In this document: piece by piece, positions 58,961 to 64,000 of the stretch
How the letters are laid out: the number at the start of each line of letters is the position of its first letter
Numbering within the stretch: the stretch's first letter is position 1
Source of the DNA: Candidatus Obscuribacteraceae bacterium
GTDB taxonomy: Bacteria; Cyanobacteriota; Vampirovibrionia; Obscuribacterales; Obscuribacteraceae
Assembly (NCBI GenBank): GCA_044226015.1
Contig: JBGAHS010000001.1
Span: 672,001-736,000, forward strand
Length of the DNA stretch: 64,000 bases
Reading direction: 5' to 3'
Notes under the pieces: generated by a model
What the model was told of the DNA's origin: nothing
Databases searched by the model: none
The model's input: only the letters and a program-made list of their open reading frames with translations
Translations under genes and position numbers: made by a program

Positions 58961-58997
58961 CCGTTGCGATCTAATGTGTAGAGATTCAGAGGTAAGC

Positions 58998-59372
58998 GTG
59001 GCTGTGATTCAAAAAGTTGGAGCCGTAATCTGGCGAAGTGGCAAGGTCGAGGAAATGCTGCGATTTTATCGCTTGCTTGGTATTCCGTTGGACCACGATT
59101 CACATGAAGGTGAAGGTCATACTCGCCACTACGAGGCTGATATCGGTGGTGTGCATTACGCACTTTTTGAACGCCAGCAAAATTCAAATCTGGATGCTGG
59201 TGCATTTGACGTCACCATGTTGGGATTCCAGGTTAGCGATTTGACTGAATTGGTTAGTAAACTTGAGCAAATCAATACCAGATTCAAAATCAAGATAGAA
59301 GACACTCCGTGGGGTAAGAGGGTGGTCGTTTTCGATCCTGACGGCAGACCGGTAGAGCTTTACCAGCCCTGA
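58998..59372 (+). CDS. VOC/glyoxalase-family protein
   Basis: FYRLLG, LGFQVSDL, DTPWGKR...DPDGRPVEL. GTG start behind AGAGG. Confidence 0.88.
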   Translation: MAVIQKVGAVIWRSGKVEEMLRFYRLLGIPLDHDSHEGEGHTRHYEADIGGVHYALFERQQNSNLDAGAFDVTMLGFQVSDLTELVSKLEQINTRFKIKIEDTPWGKRVVVFDPDGRPVELYQP

Positions 59373-59496
59373 GGATGCCCAGCTTTCTTGCATTGAGTTC
59401 ATAAAAATAAGACAGCCCAGCACTTCGATTAATTTGTTGGCTGCCAAACAATTCGTTTGCCTTGACTGCCTTTCCAAATGCACTGTGTGAAAGCTA

Positions 59497-60210
59497 ATGA
59501 TGTACTATTTTGATATGAGGAAGCCGAGTTTTCATTTTTTAGTTCTACTCATTTTCTTGATGTGCTGCTCTGCAGCCAATGCGCAGTTTCGTGTTTTTGT
59601 TGGAGATAAGCCACCCGAGGAAGGTGATGATCGACCAAAGCAACAAGAACTAGTGAAGCAAGAAGCAAAAATGGACACATATGACCCGGCGTCTGAGTTT
59701 CCTGCCCTGAAAAAGCCTTTGAAACCAGGTGAGACACTGTCCGGAAACATCGCTGAACATGAGTTGGCAATTGATTGGGATGGATGGCGAAATAAGTTTG
59801 CAAAAACGGTGAAAGACCGAATGTTTTCAAACGCCTATGAAGCCCTCAGCGTAAAAAATGGAGCCATAACCTGGTATCACTGCGAGGTGACTCGCGATAA
59901 GCAGTTAAAAAATGTTCGCATTATCAGGTCATCGGGTGATTTTTGGTACGACAATGCTGTGATTAAGGCCATCAACAAAGTAGATGGAGACCCAATTCTC
60001 GAGTTTCCTAAGGGGTCGATCAGAACAGAAGTTGCCACAGATATTGGCATTCAATTTGGAAAAGGCCAGAGAGGAGAGTTGCGGTTTAATGACGTTGAGT
60101 ACAGACCGTTGACCCCAGAGGAAGCTAGCAGTAAACAAAAGGAATCTGAGCAGGCGCCTCAAGAGCCTGTCTCAAGAAAGAAAAGACGCGGACATCACTC
60201 TGACGATTGA
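59497..60210 (+). CDS. Exported protein with a TonB/TolA C-terminal-like domain
   Basis: Signal peptide ending ANA, WDGWRNKF, VTRDKQLKNVRIIRSSGDFWYDNAVIKAI, LEFP. Confidence 0.75.
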   Translation: MMYYFDMRKPSFHFLVLLIFLMCCSAANAQFRVFVGDKPPEEGDDRPKQQELVKQEAKMDTYDPASEFPALKKPLKPGETLSGNIAEHELAIDWDGWRNKFAKTVKDRMFSNAYEALSVKNGAITWYHCEVTRDKQLKNVRIIRSSGDFWYDNAVIKAINKVDGDPILEFPKGSIRTEVATDIGIQFGKGQRGELRFNDVEYRPLTPEEASSKQKESEQAPQEPVSRKKRRGHHSDD

Positions 60211-60626
60211 ATTGGCGAACAAGGTTCTTACGCTTCTGGAGATCTGTTTGTGGCACCATATCTGGTGTCTTGAGTTTCGTGCAGTTTTTGCCCACAACGT
60301 TTTGTGTTGGACTTTAATCAAATGAAAAGTCTTGAGACGAAAGGCGGTCTATCTGGGGTCTAAGGCTATTCTGGTCTGACGCGTATGTCTTTTGTATATA
60401 CCCGTGCGTTTGATCTTCCGTTTAGTTAAAGAAATAGGCTTCGACTGGTGAGATAATCAAGGAATCTGCGAAATACCGCCTCTGGCGGTGTTCTCGAAAA
60501 ATTTTCACTGACAGATACCAGAGCTTTCCAGCTTTTTGGGATTGTTTTGAACTTTTTGCACGAGATTTGCGTCATAGAAGAGGGTTAGAAAAGGTTTGCC
60601 AAGAGGCAAGCGCTTGCGGAGTTCGA

Positions 60627-62033
60627 ATGGAAAGAGAGAAAGAGAAAAATTTCAGACGCTTTCGACGCGACCGGGAAGAGGATGCTCCCGAATCGATAGA
60701 AACCAATCTTGAGAGAATTCCACCGCAATCCATCGAGGCGGAGCAGGCCGTTCTTGGTTCGTTGTTAGTCAACCCCGAAACTATTTCGAAAATCGTTGAC
60801 ATCATCAAGCCCGAGAATTTTTATCGCAAAGCGCACCAGATAATTTGTACGTCAATTATCGAACTTTTCGAAAAGGGTGAACCTGTTGATCTTGTAACTC
60901 TGCCGAGTTATTTGAAGGATCAGCAGAAGCTTGAGATTGTTGGCGGAAGGCAATATTTGACTGACCTGGCAATGTCTATTGCCACCACTGCAAACGTTGA
61001 GTACTACGCCAAGACAATCAATGAAAAAGCACTTCTGCGAAACCTTATCAAAGCCGGTACTGAAATTGTTCAAACATGTTTTGATGAGCCTGACGCCGAA
61101 GTCGCAGTTGATAAAGCTGAGCGTCTCGTATTCGGCATCTCCGAAAATCGTGCCATGCAACAGCTCACGCCAATTCGTGATGTAGTAAATGATTCATTTG
61201 CCAAAATCGAACAGCGATATGAGCAAAGAGACGCTCTTTCTGGCTTATCCACTGGCTTTTACGATCTCGATGAAATGACCTCAGGCTGGAACCGATCTGA
61301 CCTTGTGATTGTTGCTGCTCGTCCGTCCATGGGAAAAACAGCTTTCACCTTGAATGTTGCGCAGCATGCAGCTGTTGAATGCAACGCTCCCGTTGCCTTA
61401 TTCAGTCTTGAAATGTCAAAGGAACAGCTCGTTCAACGTCTTCTTTGTTCTGAGGCACGCATCGATGCGAATAAATTGCGCTCGGGTTTCCTGCAAACAA
61501 ATGACTGGACTGCCCTGGCAAATGCCATGGGACGATTGGGTGAGGCCCCGCTCTATATCGATGACTCTCCGGTGGTTGGCGTTCTCGATATCCGAGCAAA
61601 GTGCCGCCGACTGAAAGCCGAATTGAAAGACTTGGGCTTGATCATCATCGATTACATTCAGCTGATGACTGGTAAGAAATCGACTGATAACCGACAGCAA
61701 GAAGTTTCTGAAATCTCTCGCGGTCTCAAGCAGCTCGCAAGAGAACTACATGTTCCGGTAATTGCTTTGTCGCAGCTGTCTCGGGCTGTGGAATCTCGTC
61801 AGAATAAAAGACCTATGCTTTCTGACTTGAGAGAATCTGGAAGTATCGAGCAAGACGCCGACATCGTTATGTTCATCTACCGTGATGACTACTACAATCC
61901 TGAAAGCGAACAAAGAGGCGAAGCAGAAATCATTATCGCTAAACAGCGTAACGGTCCGGTTGGAACTTGTGAGTTGCTCTATCAGGCTAGCATCACGAGG
62001 TTCTTAAATAAGGCTGCTCACGTCACTGGCTAA
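60627..62033 (+). CDS. dnaB: Replicative DNA helicase
   Basis: PPQSIEAEQAVLGS, AARPSMGKT, FSLEM, IDYIQLM, LSQLSR, RPMLSDLRESGSIEQDAD, KQRNGP. Start moved to the ATG at 60627, behind GGAG. Confidence 0.98.
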   Translation: MEREKEKNFRRFRRDREEDAPESIETNLERIPPQSIEAEQAVLGSLLVNPETISKIVDIIKPENFYRKAHQIICTSIIELFEKGEPVDLVTLPSYLKDQQKLEIVGGRQYLTDLAMSIATTANVEYYAKTINEKALLRNLIKAGTEIVQTCFDEPDAEVAVDKAERLVFGISENRAMQQLTPIRDVVNDSFAKIEQRYEQRDALSGLSTGFYDLDEMTSGWNRSDLVIVAARPSMGKTAFTLNVAQHAAVECNAPVALFSLEMSKEQLVQRLLCSEARIDANKLRSGFLQTNDWTALANAMGRLGEAPLYIDDSPVVGVLDIRAKCRRLKAELKDLGLIIIDYIQLMTGKKSTDNRQQEVSEISRGLKQLARELHVPVIALSQLSRAVESRQNKRPMLSDLRESGSIEQDADIVMFIYRDDYYNPESEQRGEAEIIIAKQRNGPVGTCELLYQASITRFLNKAAHVTG

Positions 62034-62112
62034 TCTGGTATTACGAGCTGGTGTTTATTTCCTGTGGGTTTGGGGCGTATAATCGCTATAGTCGGGAATT
62101 TACAGGTGCCCT

Positions 62113-62814
62113 GTGAAACTAACAGCCATGATTAAATCTGTTGCGGCAAGCGCTGCTGTGCTCTCATTTTTCATTGGCAGCAGTAACCCTGCTGATTCAC
62201 AAAATAACCGAGACCAGTTTGTTCGTTTGCAAACAACGAAGGGTCCCATTGTAATTCGAGTTTTCTACAGCATGGTGCCCTACACAGCTGGTAATTTTCT
62301 TGATCTGGTCGAAGCTGGTTTCTACAGCGGGTTGACCTGGCATCGAGTCGAGAACTGGGTAATTCAGGGTGGCGACCCCAATGGTAATGGCTCGGGAAAC
62401 GCGACCGACCCCGCTACTGGTGCGCCAAAGTTCTTGAAACTGGAAATTAACCGCACTTTGAACCACAATGCGCCTGGCACTGTGGCAATGGCTAGAAGCA
62501 ACGACCCAAATAGTGCAAGTTGCCAGTTCTATATTACCAAGTCGCCTGCACCGCAGCTAAATGGACAGTATGCTGTGTTTGGAAAAGTTGTTGACGGCAT
62601 GAATGCTGTATACGCTATTCGCAGGGGAGATCAAATTTTGTCTGCAGAGATTCTCAACACTGGAGGCGGAAACGGTGGTTCTAGCGCAAGCTCCGGCGGT
62701 TCTTCGGGCGGTTCTAGCGGAGGCTCTGCTTCCGGTAGTTCAGGTCGCAACTATTATGAAAGTAATGAAGCGCCCCGAGACAAGTCGGGAAAGCCTAAGG
62801 ACTCAGGATTTTAG
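62113..62814 (+). CDS. Exported cyclophilin-type peptidyl-prolyl isomerase with Gly/Ser tail
   Basis: TAGNF..L...GFY, HRV..WVIQGGDP, GTVAMAR, SASCQFYI, LNGQYAVFG.V..G. Signal peptide. Confidence 0.95.
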   Translation: MKLTAMIKSVAASAAVLSFFIGSSNPADSQNNRDQFVRLQTTKGPIVIRVFYSMVPYTAGNFLDLVEAGFYSGLTWHRVENWVIQGGDPNGNGSGNATDPATGAPKFLKLEINRTLNHNAPGTVAMARSNDPNSASCQFYITKSPAPQLNGQYAVFGKVVDGMNAVYAIRRGDQILSAEILNTGGGNGGSSASSGGSSGGSSGGSASGSSGRNYYESNEAPRDKSGKPKDSGF

Positions 62815-62937
62815 ATTCATTTCGCGGCAACAAAGTAATTTTAAAAGTCACAATTTACAGGGCGCACCAGAAAATTCTATTCTGATCAATTATTATTCTG
62901 GCATCGAGTTTTTTAACCTGTGCCGAGGAGAGAGGCT

Positions 62938-64000
62938 ATGAGCATTGTTTTCACAGCGGAAGAGCTCGAAACTCTTCTTTCTCATCGCATTTTGTTTTTT
63001 GCAGATCGCGTAATTTTTGATGCCCAGCCACCCCTGTCCAGTGAGGACCTTGCTGCTGTTGAGGCTAAATGCTCTGGCAAGATTCCCCCGGCGCTATCTA
63101 CGCTCTGGTCGAAGACTGCTGGTGGCAGCATTGCATATAATCTGAAGATTGACCTCAACGATCGTGAAGAGGCTATCAGTTGGACAGAACTCTTCTACAC
63201 TGGCAGTAAGCACTACAAAGATTTGAATGCCTGGATAGATCATGAATTGGAGCTTTCCAAAGATGCCGCTGAAGAGAATGGCACAAAATGGAGTGGCAAA
63301 TTAGACTATCTTCCATTCGGCGGGTTCGAATATTGCGACCGCATTTATGCTGTTGTAACTCCTGGAGCCAACTATGGGAAAATCGTTGCCTGGAAGCAGG
63401 GGCTGCCCCCTGCTTGGACAGATTGCCTTCATGAGGACATCAGCGTTGGCTTTGCGAACGACCTTTACGAGGCATTCACTGAATTGTACGTAGAAGAAGA
63501 CCCGCGCGACAAGAATGCAAGATACGCTATGGGCAAAGAACTCATGGAATATTTGAATGAATGCGTTGAGGCAGGGCTATCCCGTGAACTTGCTGATAAG
63601 GTCGTTGCCTACTTCTGTCAGGCTATGATTGATTGGAAAAGCGCACTAGAGAATGGCGATATTTCAAGAAAAATGGCGGTGGCAAAGGCAGCTTTGCGCC
63701 ATGCAATTTTTCGATCAGATTGTGCCTTAATTCGACAGCTGGCGTCCGCCGGGGTTCCCCTGAACAAAGCTATTGAGGGCAATGCTCTTGCTACAGACCT
63801 CGCGCTAAAGTCGTCGAAGTTTGAAGCTGTAGATGTTCTAGTTGAGGTCGGCGCTAAAGTTCGCAGCGATATTTTGCGTCACGTAAGCGCCGAGATTCCT
63901 GCTGCCACGACAAAGAAATTGTTGGACAAAGGCGCGATACCTGATGCTGAGCAGATAGTTAATTGTGTTGCTTGCGGTTCGTTTGAAAGTGCACGGCTTA
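62938..64000 (+). CDS. SMI1/KNR4 (SUKH)-like domain plus ankyrin-like repeats; runs off the window
   Basis: Not in the ORF track. ATG at 62938 behind GAGGAGAGAGG. Translated by hand: PPLSSEDLAAVEAKCSGKIPPALSTLW...GG, YLPFGG, YGKIVAW, then QLASAGVPLN, VLVEVGAKV, LLDKGA. Confidence 0.7.
   Translation, partial: MSIVFTAEELETLLSHRILFFADRVIFDAQPPLSSEDLAAVEAKCSGKIPPALSTLWSKTAGGSIAYNLKIDLNDREEAISWTELFYTGSKHYKDLNAWIDHELELSKDAAEENGTKWSGKLDYLPFGGFEYCDRIYAVVTPGANYGKIVAWKQGLPPAWTDCLHEDISVGFANDLYEAFTELYVEEDPRDKNARYAMGKELMEYLNECVEAGLSRELADKVVAYFCQAMIDWKSALENGDISRKMAVAKAALRHAIFRSDCALIRQLASAGVPLNKAIEGNALATDLALKSSKFEAVDVLVEVGAKVRSDILRHVSAEIPAATTKKLLDKGAIPDAEQIVNCVACGSFESARL

Noticed and set aside
60211..60626. 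Replication origin upstream of dnaB
   Set aside because: No cluster of TTATCCACA-type DnaA boxes or clear AT-rich unwinding repeats was seen.
60627..62033. Intein in dnaB, as is common in cyanobacteria
   Set aside because: Length is normal and all helicase motifs are contiguous.

Overview
Chromosomal, densely coding bacterial window. Gene content points to a non-photosynthetic relative of Cyanobacteria (Vampirovibrionia/Melainabacteria, probably Obscuribacterales). This is an inference from cyanobacterial-type lysA-cdaA synteny, a C-DES-like lyase, GerMN and DUF2993 genes, several Hanks-type kinases and TPR proteins, and no photosynthesis genes in the window. Housekeeping genes include serS, yraN, lysA, cdaA, pyrF, rpmE, folC, acsA, dnaB and a cyclophilin. 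The main result is an intact but strongly divergent RNA polymerase beta-subunit gene (32340-36179). It has no neighbouring rpoC or rplL, carries substitutions in normally near-invariant motifs, and ends in a long acidic tail. It lies in an apparent operon with a secreted TPR protein, a Gly/Tyr 12-aa repeat protein with a VirB2/TrbC-pilin-like hairpin, a secreted helical protein, and a degenerate Replic_Relax-like winged-helix protein. A second result, missed by the ORF track, is a plant-type methionine S-methyltransferase running off the left edge (1-1413, minus strand). No rRNA, tRNA, CRISPR array or transposase was recognised. All homology calls come from motif recognition, not database searches.
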